From assembly GCA_963674595.2 (NCBI GenBank), contig CAXXFV010000023.1, forward strand, positions 480,001-544,000: 64,000 nt of DNA, read 5' to 3'. The position numbers and the translations under genes are program-made. Numbering within the stretch: the first letter of the stretch is position 1; every line of letters starts with the position of its first letter. Positions 1-10,678 of the stretch are shown here, one piece after another. Under the pieces are notes generated by a model. That model did no database searches and was not told the DNA's origin. It saw only the letters and a program-made list of their open reading frames with translations. The stretch is from a bacterium (lineage in GTDB: Bacteria; Zhuqueibacterota; Zhuqueibacteria; Residuimicrobiales; Krinioviventaceae).

Positions 1-1156
1 TTACATAATAACTGACATCAAGTCCGGGCCAGCCCTGCCAGCCCCAATGCGTGTTGTGAAAAATCGATGCACCGGTTGATATATGAAGATCAGGCCTGGC
101 GTGATATAAATGCTCAAAGAAAAATCCGTATCGTGTTCGCGAGTGCTCGCCAAGGTTGGTGCTTGTTATTTCATCTGTACTTATTTCCTGTCCCAGGGAT
201 GTTGTACCGAATATGGATGACCAGGAGTAATTCATATCAAAACTGTACAAACGGGTTGTATGAAAATTTTCATACCATTCCGGGTGTTCACGGTTCCAAA
301 TATAGTGGTCCTTGTGCCGGCGAAAAGCCAGGTTCATTTTTAAGGTCTTTTTGTTTTTATGAAATGTTAATCCAAGGGATGAATAAAAGGTCTTGGTATG
401 TTCCCATTGACGTGTTGATGTTGAACTGTAAAAACTGTTGGCTCCGAATTTTTTGTCCGTATAACCGGCTGTTAGTTCAAGTTCGGATGATCCGGTTTTC
501 AGACCGGACAGGTAAGAAACATTGGAAAAATCATAATCCGTATTCGGACGGTAGCCGTCTGAAGCGGCACGCAAGACTGAAACATGGTGATTAGTTTTTC
601 CGATATTTTGCAATAGCTGAAAACTGTGACGTGATGTGTTATAAGAACCCAAACTGCTGCTCAGAGATATGGATTTTGCCGGTGTTTTGGACGTTATAAT
701 ATTTATAACACCACCATAAGCATTGGGACCATACAATCTGGCGCCCTGGCCTTTAAGAATTTCAATTTTTTCAATGCTTTCAAGACTGACAGGAAGGTTT
801 AAATTGTGATGCCCTGTTTGCGGATCGATGATTTTGACGCCGTCCAGTAAAACCAGGGTCTGTTCATAACCGGCGCCACGAATGCTGACGTCGGCTTGTA
901 TGCCGTCAACACCCTGTTGTTTAATGTCGACACCGGAGATATATTCCAGTAATTCTGAAATTGATTTTGCGGGAGCTGCTTTTATATCATTTTTATCCAG
1001 TGTGACGATGGCCCGTCCGATATATGGAAATGCAGTCGGCACCCTGTTGGCTATTACGGTAACCGGCTGCTTTATCTCATATTGTTTTATTTCATGTTCG
1101 TTTGCCGACAAATTACCAAATAATATTAAAGAAAATATAAAAATGCGTTTATACAA
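1..1156 (-). CDS. TonB-dependent receptor (BtuB/plug-type), N-terminal part, runs off the left edge
   Basis: Not in the ORF track. Manual translation from TTG at 1156 (GGAGAG RBS upstream) gives MYKRIFIFSLILFG...VTVIANR...LEYISGVDIKQQG..QADVSIRGAGYEQTLVLLDGV...IEKIEILKGQGARLYGPNAYGGVINIIT, a typical TBDR plug domain. Confidence 0.9.
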   Translation of the reverse strand, partial: MYKRIFIFSLILFGNLSANEHEIKQYEIKQPVTVIANRVPTAFPYIGRAIVTLDKNDIKAAPAKSISELLEYISGVDIKQQGVDGIQADVSIRGAGYEQTLVLLDGVKIIDPQTGHHNLNLPVSLESIEKIEILKGQGARLYGPNAYGGVINIITSKTPAKSISLSSSLGSYNTSRHSFQLLQNIGKTNHHVSVLRAASDGYRPNTDYDFSNVSYLSGLKTGSSELELTAGYTDKKFGANSFYSSTSTRQWEHTKTFYSSLGLTFHKNKKTLKMNLAFRRHKDHYIWNREHPEWYENFHTTRLYSFDMNYSWSSIFGTTSLGQEISTDEITSTNLGEHSRTRYGFFFEHLYHARPDLHISTGASIFHNTHWGWQGWPGLDVSYYV

Positions 1157-1195
1157 ATATTACTCTCCAATAATTGTTTTTGGGCTTTGTAGAAT

Positions 1196-2092
1196 TTAAG
1201 CGTTATTCAGGCTGCCCGTTGCAGGCTCAGATTTTGCAGGTTTCGGGGATTTTGATGTTGCTGCCAGGATGATGGATAAAATAATAAAAATTGCCCCAAA
1301 TAGTAAAGTAAAATTTATCTCTATAGATTGCAGGGATGATTCTGCCCAGTCTTTAAGGATGATGAATCCCGTACTGCCAAGTGTTGTACATAACAACAAG
1401 CGTTTTATGTTTACAGCCGGATGGAACAACAGCAGAATTATAGAATAAAGTATAATCATATATCGTATGCCGGGAAAAATAGCCAAACTCAGCGCGGCTG
1501 AATTCAGCAAAAGTTTCCAGGACGGCATTTGTATGACCATTTTACCTTTTTCAAAATCAATGTTGGCTTTTTCTCCATAGTCCATTAAGGACAAGCTGTC
1601 CATTTGTACCCAAACATGCCTGAAATTGGCGACAAGGCGGGCGTCTTTATATCCTCGTGAGTGTAAAATGCTGATCAGAAGAATCGCTTGTCCGTCACAG
1701 TCTTCCGTATGTTTTTGCCAAACTTCCGAGGCCGTGGGCCAATATTCTACATTTTTCCAGATATTCCAGTCATAATTGTATTTTATCTCTTTTAAAACAA
1801 AACGGGTGATAATATCCAGTTCTGATCTGTCCTTTGTGTCGGTTTGAATCAGAGAGTCGATTTTGCTGTTGATATTCGCCATATAGGGCGAATCAGGTTG
1901 AATGAGGGCGTTTGTATCATTATAGTGTTGAATTTGCTTAATAAGTCGCACGGGATTCGGAAACAGAACACCGACGATAATTAGTATCAGTAACACCAGC
2001 TTGACGAACAAACGCCATCTGCGTTTTTTGTCCGCACCTAAATTCCAAAATGTTAAAAATTTTTTATGGAATATACGAAAAAAACTTTTCAT
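1196..2092 (-). CDS. Membrane protein with transglutaminase-like cysteine peptidase domain
   Basis: EDCDGQA...RHVWV..D catalytic-triad-like motifs, an N-terminal TM helix and three C-terminal TM helices. Start moved to ATG 2092, just after the upstream stop. Confidence 0.7.
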   Translation of the reverse strand: MKSFFRIFHKKFLTFWNLGADKKRRWRLFVKLVLLILIIVGVLFPNPVRLIKQIQHYNDTNALIQPDSPYMANINSKIDSLIQTDTKDRSELDIITRFVLKEIKYNYDWNIWKNVEYWPTASEVWQKHTEDCDGQAILLISILHSRGYKDARLVANFRHVWVQMDSLSLMDYGEKANIDFEKGKMVIQMPSWKLLLNSAALSLAIFPGIRYMIILYSIILLLFHPAVNIKRLLLCTTLGSTGFIILKDWAESSLQSIEINFTLLFGAIFIILSIILAATSKSPKPAKSEPATGSLNNA

Positions 2093-2093
2093 T

Positions 2094-3209
2094 TTATTTT
2101 TGTCCGGACATATAATTTTCTGCAATATATCGGATCTCTTCAAGACGATTTATAATGGGCAGCTTTTGGGTGCAAATATCTTCACATTGACCGCAGGCAA
2201 TACATTTGCTGATAACATCATTATCCGCTCCAATGCCCCAGTGCCATTTTAAACGGTTCAACAATGCAGTATCCGTGCCTTCAAGCATATAATGATTATA
2301 GGCGTCCATCATTTTGGGGATCGGTATTTCTTCCGGACAGTTATCACAATACTGACAACCGGTACAAAGTTCGTCAAAAGTATCTTTAAGATTGTTGCGA
2401 ATGGAATCAATTTGTTCCTGTTCTAATGGTTTAAAATTTTCAACAGCATGTATTGTTTCCTGTAAATCTTTTTGATTGGCAAAACCCACCAAAGAAACCG
2501 TAATTCTTGGATCGTTTAATAAAAATCCGAGTGCTGCGTCGACGACCGTTTCCTCCGCTCTTGTTCGTAAAAAGTCAAAACGATCCGGATGTTTGGGGAT
2601 AATTCCTCCGCCTAAGGGATTCATAACAACAACGGCGCGGTTTAAAGAGGCGGCGGCATCCAGGGCTGCGTCCCGATAGGAAAAATTCATGGCCGAATAA
2701 CCGAGTAAAACACCTTCAAAAGGATAATCATTTAAAACATCACCAATATCGGTACCGGTCATGTGGGATGAAATACAAATGTGCCGGATTAATCCTTCAC
2801 TTTTTAATTGTTCAAACGCTTCAATAACGCCCTGTTGTTTGCGTTTTTCATAAGCGTCTTTTGTAAGAACACACCAGACATGATAAAAATCGATATATTC
2901 CAGGTTCATTCGTTTCAACGATGTTTCCAGCTCTTTACGGACTTGGTCCGGTTCAGCCATAAAAGTTTTTGTGGATACAAAAAAAGGTTTTTGTTCGCGA
3001 ATTTTATTCATTTCTTTAAATGCAACGCCGAACAGATCTTCCGAATCCTGATATCCGGGGGCCGTGTCAAAATATGTAATGCCGTTATTATGGGCTGCCT
3101 GTACCAGTTCCGCGCAGGCATCAATATTTTTTTGATCTTCAAAACGCATACCGCCAAATCCGATAGCGGATACCTTGTCGTCTGTTGTTCCGTATTTTCT
3201 ATATAACAT
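2094..3209 (-). CDS. Aldo/keto reductase with C-terminal 4Fe-4S dicluster domain
   Basis: GFGGMRF, YFDTAPGY, STK motifs; CTGCQYCDNCP and CIACGQCEDICTQ. Confidence 0.92.
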   Translation of the reverse strand: MLYRKYGTTDDKVSAIGFGGMRFEDQKNIDACAELVQAAHNNGITYFDTAPGYQDSEDLFGVAFKEMNKIREQKPFFVSTKTFMAEPDQVRKELETSLKRMNLEYIDFYHVWCVLTKDAYEKRKQQGVIEAFEQLKSEGLIRHICISSHMTGTDIGDVLNDYPFEGVLLGYSAMNFSYRDAALDAAASLNRAVVVMNPLGGGIIPKHPDRFDFLRTRAEETVVDAALGFLLNDPRITVSLVGFANQKDLQETIHAVENFKPLEQEQIDSIRNNLKDTFDELCTGCQYCDNCPEEIPIPKMMDAYNHYMLEGTDTALLNRLKWHWGIGADNDVISKCIACGQCEDICTQKLPIINRLEEIRYIAENYMSGQK

Positions 3210-3394
3210 GGACCTCTCTTTTTTAAGTAAATAATCTTTTCATTATAAGCGATCCTCAGCACATTTTCAACAGTTTTATTTCAATGTTTCAGTGATCGCA
3301 GGAAAATGTTTTTATGTTTTGGGTTTAATTAATGGTGGTTTGATGGTATGGTTAAAAACAGCCGTCCAATATGAATATGGACGGCTGTTGAATT

Positions 3395-5986
3395 TTAATC
3401 TGCTTTTTCAGGATATGGTGTGTTGTAACCTTTGACGGCATGCCAGATGATACGGTTAAAAGTATCTTCATTAATGCGGTCCAGATCAGAGAGGTCTTCT
3501 TGCAGAGATTTTTGGGCCCAATAGAGCGCTTTCCCACGTAAGCTTTGCAGCGGCGGGTTCAGTTCATTCAATGGAATAATGTTCGGCAATGCCGTATAGG
3601 GCGTGAAATCCGGTGTGTTTGTAAAACATTCAGTCATGGGATTCGCTGCCCAATCAAACTGGTTCATTGGCGGTAATCCCAAAATGTTTTCCATGGTACG
3701 CACCATGGAAATTTGTGTATAATAAGTCGAAATAACCTGGCCCCTTTTGGTATAGGGACTGATCACCATTCCGACTGTCCGATGACCATCAACATGGTCC
3801 AGTCCGTTTTGCGGATCATCTTCTGTTACAAAGATACAGGTCTCCGGCCAGAATTTGCTATTTGAGACAGCCTGTACAATTTGTCCCAAAGCCAGGTCGT
3901 TATCGGCAACCGCTGCTTCGGGCGTTGGTCGTCCGGGTCTTGTGCCGGATGTGTGGTCATTTGGCAGCAGCATGATTATAAAATTCGGCAGATTGTTCTT
4001 TTTTTCAAATTGATCCAGTTCTTTTATAAATTCACGAGCGCGGTAAACATCCGGAATAGAGTTTGGAAAGCCGGTATACGTTTCACATAAATAAGGTGTT
4101 AATGTTTCCAAATTTGCTTTGGCCCTGATTTTAACTTTGGATGTGTTGTTCAAATAATCATCATATATATCAGAAAAAGTGGCTGTATTCGGGGTGATTT
4201 CAGCCTGGACAAATTCGCCATAATCCCGAAACGTTAAACCATGTTTGAGGACATTGTCCCAGATGAATCCGGAAGCGGCATAGGCGAGGGCATCGTCACC
4301 GTCGTAAGGATAACTCCGGACCCAGTCCCCAAAGGATTTTTCCAGATAGTCGGTCACAAAGGCCTCGTCGGTCCACTGGTGACCGTCTGCACTGAGAATA
4401 CCGCTGCAATAAAAATTGTCAAGCAGGACAAAGGTCTCGGCCAGTTTATGGTGATTGGGTGTTACATCCCTACCGAATATAACTAATTCCGGCTCTCCAT
4501 TTCCCTGGGGCATGTCTCCGAAAATTTGATCATAGGTCTTGTTTTCTTTGATAATATAAATAACGTGTTTGAAAAAAGACGTTTCTCCGGGATTGGTTGG
4601 TAACGCAACTTTTTTCTCTGTCCCATTTGTTTGGACAGCAGGTGCTTTCGTGTACTGATTGTTTTCCAATGTGAGCTGGGTCAGTGTTTTTAATTGCTGT
4701 TCCGTCGGGACAGGAATGATGGATATTGAACCGAGATGGTCGTGAGAATTGTAACCGGCACGTTCTGTTTTCTGGTTTCGTGATCCCATGCCTTTAATAT
4801 TGGCGATAAATAAAAATTTGTTTTCCCGGTCCAAAATAACCGATCCGGGATACCATCCTGTCGGGATAAATCCCTGAATTGTTGTCTTTTTCGCTTCTCC
4901 ACCGGATTCTTTTCCCAGTTGAATAACACATATCGCATTGTCCGTACCGTTTGCTGCGTATAATGTTTGACCGTCATTGGAGATTGTAACAGCATTCGGT
5001 GAACTGCCGAATAACAGATGCGGATACATACGTGTGCTGATGGTTTCAACAACCTGTTCGCTCAGCGTATCAATGACATAAATGGTATCGCTGTTTGCAC
5101 AGGCGACAAATAGTTTTTGATTATCCGGACTCAACACCATTCCCGATGGATGTAGCCCAACATTGATGGATTTTGTTCTAGTGCGTTTTTTAATATCAAC
5201 AATTGAGATGGAACCGGTATTGGCAATGCCTGTTTTGGGATCAACCAGCACCTGCGATCCTGAACTGTTGGCTGTTTTTTCGTTTTTTTGAGGAACACGA
5301 CCGCCCCAATTGGCGACATAGGCTTTGTTGTTTTCTCCCAAAATAACATTATAGGGGGCCATGCCTACAGGAATTGTGCGAACCCGTCCGCCCGGAACAT
5401 CAATGATTGCCAGCAGATTGTATCGGCTTAATGTAACGTATAACTGCTTTTCATCCGGTGATAAAGTCAGGCCCGTCGGCGCCGGATCACCGCTTATTAT
5501 TTCGCCGGTGTCTGTTCTGTTTTTAACGACGACATTTTCATCAAATTTTGGCACCAGAAAAGATTCGTTCCAGTGCATAATGTTTGATCCGTCAAGTTCG
5601 GCTACACGGACTCTGTCTTCGGCTTCTGTGGCATAAATTTTATGACCGTCGGCGGACCAGCATATTCCTGTAACTGCCGCACCGCTTTTTGGAAAAGCCA
5701 GAGACTGCATGATAACACGGTCAGATATCCGAATCAGATCAATGGAGCGCCAGTTTTTAAGCGCCAACAGTTTTCCGTTCGGGCTTAGCGCCAGGTCCAC
5801 CGGACGGCCCGGCAGTGTGATTTGAAATCCGGCCGGTCGCAGGCGCTGATGTGTCGGTACGACCATGCTGCCGTCGGATTGGGGACCGACTTTTTCTGTT
5901 GTGATCTGTTGGGCAAAACACACAGGTATAATGATAAATATCCATAACATTAGAAAATAAACAGGGGACAATAATTTCTTAAACAT
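3395..5986 (-). CDS. Secreted YVTN/YncE beta-propeller plus phosphoesterase (alkaline phosphatase superfamily) protein
   Basis: Signal peptide, propeller repeats (LFVACANSDTIYVID), and IIKENKTYDQIFGD, SADGHQW, NDHT, EDDPQNGLDHVDGHR phosphoesterase motifs. Confidence 0.9.
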   Translation of the reverse strand: MFKKLLSPVYFLMLWIFIIIPVCFAQQITTEKVGPQSDGSMVVPTHQRLRPAGFQITLPGRPVDLALSPNGKLLALKNWRSIDLIRISDRVIMQSLAFPKSGAAVTGICWSADGHKIYATEAEDRVRVAELDGSNIMHWNESFLVPKFDENVVVKNRTDTGEIISGDPAPTGLTLSPDEKQLYVTLSRYNLLAIIDVPGGRVRTIPVGMAPYNVILGENNKAYVANWGGRVPQKNEKTANSSGSQVLVDPKTGIANTGSISIVDIKKRTRTKSINVGLHPSGMVLSPDNQKLFVACANSDTIYVIDTLSEQVVETISTRMYPHLLFGSSPNAVTISNDGQTLYAANGTDNAICVIQLGKESGGEAKKTTIQGFIPTGWYPGSVILDRENKFLFIANIKGMGSRNQKTERAGYNSHDHLGSISIIPVPTEQQLKTLTQLTLENNQYTKAPAVQTNGTEKKVALPTNPGETSFFKHVIYIIKENKTYDQIFGDMPQGNGEPELVIFGRDVTPNHHKLAETFVLLDNFYCSGILSADGHQWTDEAFVTDYLEKSFGDWVRSYPYDGDDALAYAASGFIWDNVLKHGLTFRDYGEFVQAEITPNTATFSDIYDDYLNNTSKVKIRAKANLETLTPYLCETYTGFPNSIPDVYRAREFIKELDQFEKKNNLPNFIIMLLPNDHTSGTRPGRPTPEAAVADNDLALGQIVQAVSNSKFWPETCIFVTEDDPQNGLDHVDGHRTVGMVISPYTKRGQVISTYYTQISMVRTMENILGLPPMNQFDWAANPMTECFTNTPDFTPYTALPNIIPLNELNPPLQSLRGKALYWAQKSLQEDLSDLDRINEDTFNRIIWHAVKGYNTPYPEKAD

Positions 5987-6496
5987 TTGCTTTGTCCTTT
6001 CAAAAAATGGAAAATGCTGATTTGGTAATGTGGAAAGAAGGAATTTTATTTATTATTTCTTTTACATTGATTTTGGTATTTCAAGAGTATTGGGCTGTCT
6101 CTAACTAAATTCTGTTATACTAGAACCTTTATTAAATTACACAAAAATGTTATGACTAATATCTGGTTATATACAAACACTGACTGAGCTAATAATATTT
6201 TATGAATCTGGTTTATTAAAAGATAAGTGCCCGGTTTATCTGAATCAAGAAAAAATTGGGATTAATGTAATTGTTGGCAGAATCCCTGTTTTTTTGAAAG
6301 CCGTGCTTTTCCTTCGGCCAATTGGAGGGGGTATGGAGTTTTAGAGTGAATGACCCGGGGAAAATATTACTTTTTGTGATCTGGGGATAAAATTTTTATT
6401 TCGGTTACCTGTTATTTGGCCAAAATAAAAAGAAATCCCTTGATTTTCAACCGACAGTAAAGTATGTTTTATATTGGAATAATGAATGAGGTTTTT

Positions 6497-7636
6497 ATGA
6501 ATAAATTATCTCCGGACGAACTGTCGGAACTTTTACAATCTGTTTTCCCCAGGTTACCCCAAGACCAGCGGTTTGCTGTTTTGGTTGATTTCCCGGATGA
6601 GCAGGTAATTGACCAGCCTAAATGGAAGGAACGCCGGGACATGGCCTGGTACTGGGTGCAGCAGCTAAAAAGTCTGTCTGAAACAGGATTTGAGAATATT
6701 GATTTTATCGGTTATGAAAATGTAAAATCAAACAATGCCGATTTACCGGAACATGCTTTTATCCCTTCACAGAACTTGCCGGGTGATTTTGCGGAATTGT
6801 CAAACGGTGAAAAGGTGTCCTTTGAACAGGTTTTTCAACACTATCAGGTTTTTCTGGCGCCGACACAGTTTTCCGCAACAGCGCCGTTAAAAGTGGCGGC
6901 CAAAAAGTATGGATTTCGTGCCGCAACCATGCCCGGTTTTTCGGCAGCCATGATACCGGCATTGAGAATTGATTACGGTCTGGTCAATGAACGGGTTACC
7001 CTTGTTCAGCAAAAACTGGATGCCGCCGAATCGGTCAAGGTGCGGTTTTCTGTTGATGACAATACTGTCTATGATATGAATTTTGATGTTCGTTTTCGTT
7101 CTGCTCACGCCAGCGGCGGACGTTTTCCCAATGCGGGTACGGCCGGTAATCTTCCCAGTGGTGAGGCCTATATCGTTCCCTATGAAGGTGAAAACGAAAA
7201 GAGTCTCACCAGTGGATTGCTGCCGGTGCAGTTTAATGAAGAGATTGTCCTGTTTGAAATTTTGGAAAACAGGGCTGTCAAGGTCGTCAGTAAAGGTGAA
7301 GAAAGTACAAAACAGCAGGAATGGCTTGAGCGCGAACCCGCCTACGGCAATATGGCGGAACTTGGTTTTGGTATTTTAGGTGATTTTGGATTAAAACCGA
7401 TCAATGAAGTTTTGCTGGATGAAAAACTGGGTTTTCATATCGCTTTTGGGCGCAGTGAACATTTTGGCGGCATTGTCGGACCGCCGCAATTCTCCGGTCC
7501 CGACCAGGTTGTGCATATAGATCGTATCTATATTCCTGAAACACAACCACGCATTAAGATAAAAACAATAGAGTTATATTATCCTGACGGAAATGTTGAA
7601 GAAATTATGAGAGACAGCCGATATCTGCTGTTTTAA
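6497..7636 (+). CDS. Thermophilic-metalloprotease (M29)-like aminopeptidase
   Basis: GNLPSGEAYIVP, AELGFG, LLDEKLGFHIAFG and HIDRI motifs; GAGG RBS before ATG 6497. Confidence 0.8.
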   Translation: MNKLSPDELSELLQSVFPRLPQDQRFAVLVDFPDEQVIDQPKWKERRDMAWYWVQQLKSLSETGFENIDFIGYENVKSNNADLPEHAFIPSQNLPGDFAELSNGEKVSFEQVFQHYQVFLAPTQFSATAPLKVAAKKYGFRAATMPGFSAAMIPALRIDYGLVNERVTLVQQKLDAAESVKVRFSVDDNTVYDMNFDVRFRSAHASGGRFPNAGTAGNLPSGEAYIVPYEGENEKSLTSGLLPVQFNEEIVLFEILENRAVKVVSKGEESTKQQEWLEREPAYGNMAELGFGILGDFGLKPINEVLLDEKLGFHIAFGRSEHFGGIVGPPQFSGPDQVVHIDRIYIPETQPRIKIKTIELYYPDGNVEEIMRDSRYLLF

Positions 7637-7653
7637 TGTGAAAGGACCTTATT

Positions 7654-7872
7654 TTGAAAGATGAACACAACGCCGGTGTATCCACCTCTAAAATACTTTT
7701 TTGTGATTTAAAGTGTGAATATGCATCCTTCCCGGAAGAGAACGATGTAGACGGAGCGCGAAGCTGCCGGACGTTTGCTGCCCTGTATTGTAAAAAGCTT
7801 GAAAAACTTGTTACAAAAAATGCACCCTGTGCGGCTGTATTTGGACAACGGCGTCCGAAAAGTAATATTTAA
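7654..7872 (+). CDS. Small cysteine-rich hypothetical protein
   Basis: AAGGA RBS then TTG start; five Cys (CDLKC...CRTF..LYC...APC); directly downstream of the peptidase. Confidence 0.65.
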   Translation: MKDEHNAGVSTSKILFCDLKCEYASFPEENDVDGARSCRTFAALYCKKLEKLVTKNAPCAAVFGQRRPKSNI

Positions 7873-8013
7873 TCTGTCTGGCTTGATTTAATCAAATCAT
7901 TAGAATAAATTATCTTTAAATAGTAAAAAATCAAACTTTTATTACATTTTTAAGAAAAAATTAGTATATTGCGTTTTCAAAAATGGACCATTTAAACAAT
8001 GGAAAGGAAAAAA

Positions 8014-9402
8014 ATGAAAACCAAAACTTTTGTTCTTTCGTTTTTAACACTGGTTTGCGCTGTTTCTTTTTGTTCTAAAGATAAAAGTGGATGGCAGGAT
8101 CTATTTAATGGACAAGATCTTAAAGGTTGGGAAAGGTTGAATGGTGAAGCCGAATTCCAGGTTAAAGATAGTGTTATTGTCGGTATTAGCAAGCTTAATA
8201 CACCTAATACTTTTTTGGCAACAAAAAAGAAATATGGCGATTTTATCCTTGAATATGAAGCATTGATGGATAATGCCTTAAATGCCGGTGTTCAGATTCG
8301 AAGTGAAAGTAATAAGGATTATGAGAACGGTCGTGTGCACGGTTACCAAGTCGAGTTGGACGCTTCTGCCCGTGCATGGTCCGGCGGTATTTATGACGAG
8401 GCCCGGCGGGGATGGCTTTATAACCTGGAAATGAATCCACAGGCAAAAACCGCCTATAAAAATGAACAGTGGAACAAATATCGGGTTGAAGCTATTGGTA
8501 ATAATATTTGCGTATGGCTTAACGGCGTTCAGACGGCTGATTTAATAGATGATATGACGCCCAAAGGTTTTATCGCATTACAGGTGCATGCAATCGGTGA
8601 CAATAAAGAAAAAGAAGGTAAAACCGTTCAGTACCGTAACATTCGGATTATGACCGAAAACCTGGAAAGCGCCCGGACCCCAAAATCCGGAATACCACAG
8701 GCCAGTTATTTACTGAACCAGTTATCAGAACAGGAAAAAGAGCAGGGATGGAAATTATTGTGGGACGGTGCCACAACCAATGGTTGGCGCGGCGCAAAGA
8801 TCGATCATTTTCCAAAATCCGGCTGGGAAATTAAAGACGGCGTATTGTCTGTATTGGGCAGCGACGGGTCCGAATCTGAAAATGGCGGCGATATTATTAC
8901 TGAAAAGACTTATAAAAATTTTGAATTGTCCGTTGATTTTAAATTTACAGAAGGTGCAAACAGTGGTATTAAATATTTTGTCGATCCTGAACTGAATAAA
9001 GGCAAAGGCTCTGCTATTGGATGCGAATTTCAGATTTTGGATGATGATGTTCATCCTGATGCAAAAATGGGTGTAGCCGGAAACAGGACCCTGGCCTCGT
9101 TGTATGATCTTATCCCGGCCAATGCTACTTTTTATTCCCCGAATGAACGCCCCAAACGTGTTAATAAATACAATTGGAACCGTGCGAAAATCATTGTTCA
9201 GGGCAGCCATGTAAGTCATTATCTAAACGGCATCAAGGTGGTGGAATACGAACGTGGTACGCAAATGTGGCGGGCCCTGGTGGCATACAGCAAATATAAA
9301 AATTGGCCGAACTTTGGCGAAGCCGAATCCGGTCATATTTTATTGCAGGACCACGGCGATCTGGTATTTTATCGAAATATAAAAATTAAAGAGCTGGATT
9401 AG
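8014..9402 (+). CDS. Tandem DUF1080 (3-keto-disaccharide hydrolase family) protein
   Basis: Two repeats of LFNGxDLxGW/LWDGxTTxGW, NSG, GxIxLQxH and YRNIKI; signal peptide. Confidence 0.9.
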   Translation: MKTKTFVLSFLTLVCAVSFCSKDKSGWQDLFNGQDLKGWERLNGEAEFQVKDSVIVGISKLNTPNTFLATKKKYGDFILEYEALMDNALNAGVQIRSESNKDYENGRVHGYQVELDASARAWSGGIYDEARRGWLYNLEMNPQAKTAYKNEQWNKYRVEAIGNNICVWLNGVQTADLIDDMTPKGFIALQVHAIGDNKEKEGKTVQYRNIRIMTENLESARTPKSGIPQASYLLNQLSEQEKEQGWKLLWDGATTNGWRGAKIDHFPKSGWEIKDGVLSVLGSDGSESENGGDIITEKTYKNFELSVDFKFTEGANSGIKYFVDPELNKGKGSAIGCEFQILDDDVHPDAKMGVAGNRTLASLYDLIPANATFYSPNERPKRVNKYNWNRAKIIVQGSHVSHYLNGIKVVEYERGTQMWRALVAYSKYKNWPNFGEAESGHILLQDHGDLVFYRNIKIKELD

Positions 9403-9428
9403 GTCTTTTAAATATATTTTTTTATCAT

Positions 9429-9455
9429 GGGCGAAAACTTTTTTCGCCCTTTTTG
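9429..9455 (+). terminator. Rho-independent terminator
   Basis: GGGCGAAAA-CTT-TTTTCGCCC hairpin followed by a T run. Confidence 0.8.
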
Positions 9456-9680
9456 TTTTATGATCCAATCTAAAAGTGTGGTTGACATATCTTGGGAGAA
9501 GAATGTGTGATCAAACTCTATATTCTAACGAATGTATTTATGAGTTGCGGTGTTTCAATATATTATTAACTGTTTTTGAAATTTAAACGAGTTGTTGACA
9601 ATCTGTTAAAGTGCCTTTTTATTAGGGAAAAAATATACTGAATGCCGGCAGGGCAAATGATTAAAAATGATCCGAAATAA

Positions 9681-10301
9681 TTGAGAATGATATTGTCTGA
9701 TAAGAATACTGATAACCAAAAAGACCTGATAATCCAGCTAAAAAACGGACACAAAGATAGTTTCAAGTTTTTGGTTGAATTATACCAGGATAAAGTATTA
9801 AACACCTGTTATCATTTTGTTCATGATAAAACGGATGCTGAAGATTTGTCACAGGAAGTATTTTTACAAGTCTATCGATCCATAGGCCGTTTCAGAGAAG
9901 ACGCGCAACTTTCCACATGGATATATCGGATTGCTGTAAACAAATCGCTGGACCATATTCGAAAGAAAAAACGTAAAAAACGATTTGCCTTTGTTACCAG
10001 TTTTTGGGGGACAACCGAAAATGAATATGAATTACAAATTCCCACGAATGAAAACCTGCACAGTGATTTGGAACAAAAAGAGATGATTCAAATTTTAAAT
10101 AACGCCATTAACAAGTTGCCGGAGAACCAGAAAACAGCTATTACCTTAAGCAAGTATGAAGGATTCAGTAATAAAGAGATTGCCGAGATATTGGATACTT
10201 CTGTTTCATCGGTAGAATCGTTGATTCATCGGGCAAAGAAAAATCTTAATCAGAAATTATATCATTTTTATGAAAAAAATACGCAAGTTTTTGCCGGATA
10301 G
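9681..10301 (+). CDS. ECF RNA polymerase sigma-70 factor
   Basis: DAEDLSQEVF, STWIYRIAVNKSLD (region 2); EGFSNKEIAEILDTSVSSVESLIHRAK (region 4). Confidence 0.95.
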   Translation: MRMILSDKNTDNQKDLIIQLKNGHKDSFKFLVELYQDKVLNTCYHFVHDKTDAEDLSQEVFLQVYRSIGRFREDAQLSTWIYRIAVNKSLDHIRKKKRKKRFAFVTSFWGTTENEYELQIPTNENLHSDLEQKEMIQILNNAINKLPENQKTAITLSKYEGFSNKEIAEILDTSVSSVESLIHRAKKNLNQKLYHFYEKNTQVFAG

Positions 10302-10310
10302 CACGTCTAA
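10282..10310 (+). promoter_or_regulatory. Candidate ECF sigma promoter CGCAAG-N16-CGTCT (anti-sigma operon)
   Basis: acGCAAGtttttgccggatagcaCGTCTaa; the same motif with the same spacing recurs at 11289-11315. Confidence 0.65.
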
Positions 10311-10327
10311 ATAGAAAAAGGCTTAAA

Positions 10328-10669
10328 ATGAACAAAAAAGATAAAATAGATCATAGAGTTCAAAAAACACTGGATTGTTTTGAAAAGGCTGAGCGAATAA
10401 AATCCAATCCGTTTTTTTATACGAGGTTACAGGCACGCATTGACGAATATGAAACAAAGGGACGTGCTGAAAACCGCCAATTGGTATGGAATGGATTAAG
10501 ACTGGCTTTTCTTGTATTTATGGTTGCGATTAATATCCTTACGGCAACAAAATTTTTCCATAACAGCGATCATGGTTATACGAACCGTGAAGGTCTTGTA
10601 AATTCCTTTGCTCTGGAATTTAACCTGGATTCGAACCAAAACAACCCGATTTTTTTAATCAATGAATAG
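10328..10669 (+). CDS. Putative single-TM anti-sigma factor
   Basis: Directly after the ECF gene; NPFFYTRLQARI cytoplasmic motif then one TM helix. Confidence 0.75.
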   Translation: MNKKDKIDHRVQKTLDCFEKAERIKSNPFFYTRLQARIDEYETKGRAENRQLVWNGLRLAFLVFMVAINILTATKFFHNSDHGYTNREGLVNSFALEFNLDSNQNNPIFLINE

Positions 10670-10678
10670 GACTGTAAA

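Noticed and set aside
1157-1195. Cobalamin riboswitch before the BtuB-like receptor
   Set aside because: The intergenic gap is only about 40 bp and has no riboswitch motifs.
67-1199. Plus-strand ORFs 67..594 and 882..1199
   Set aside because: Antisense shadows of the minus-strand TonB receptor.
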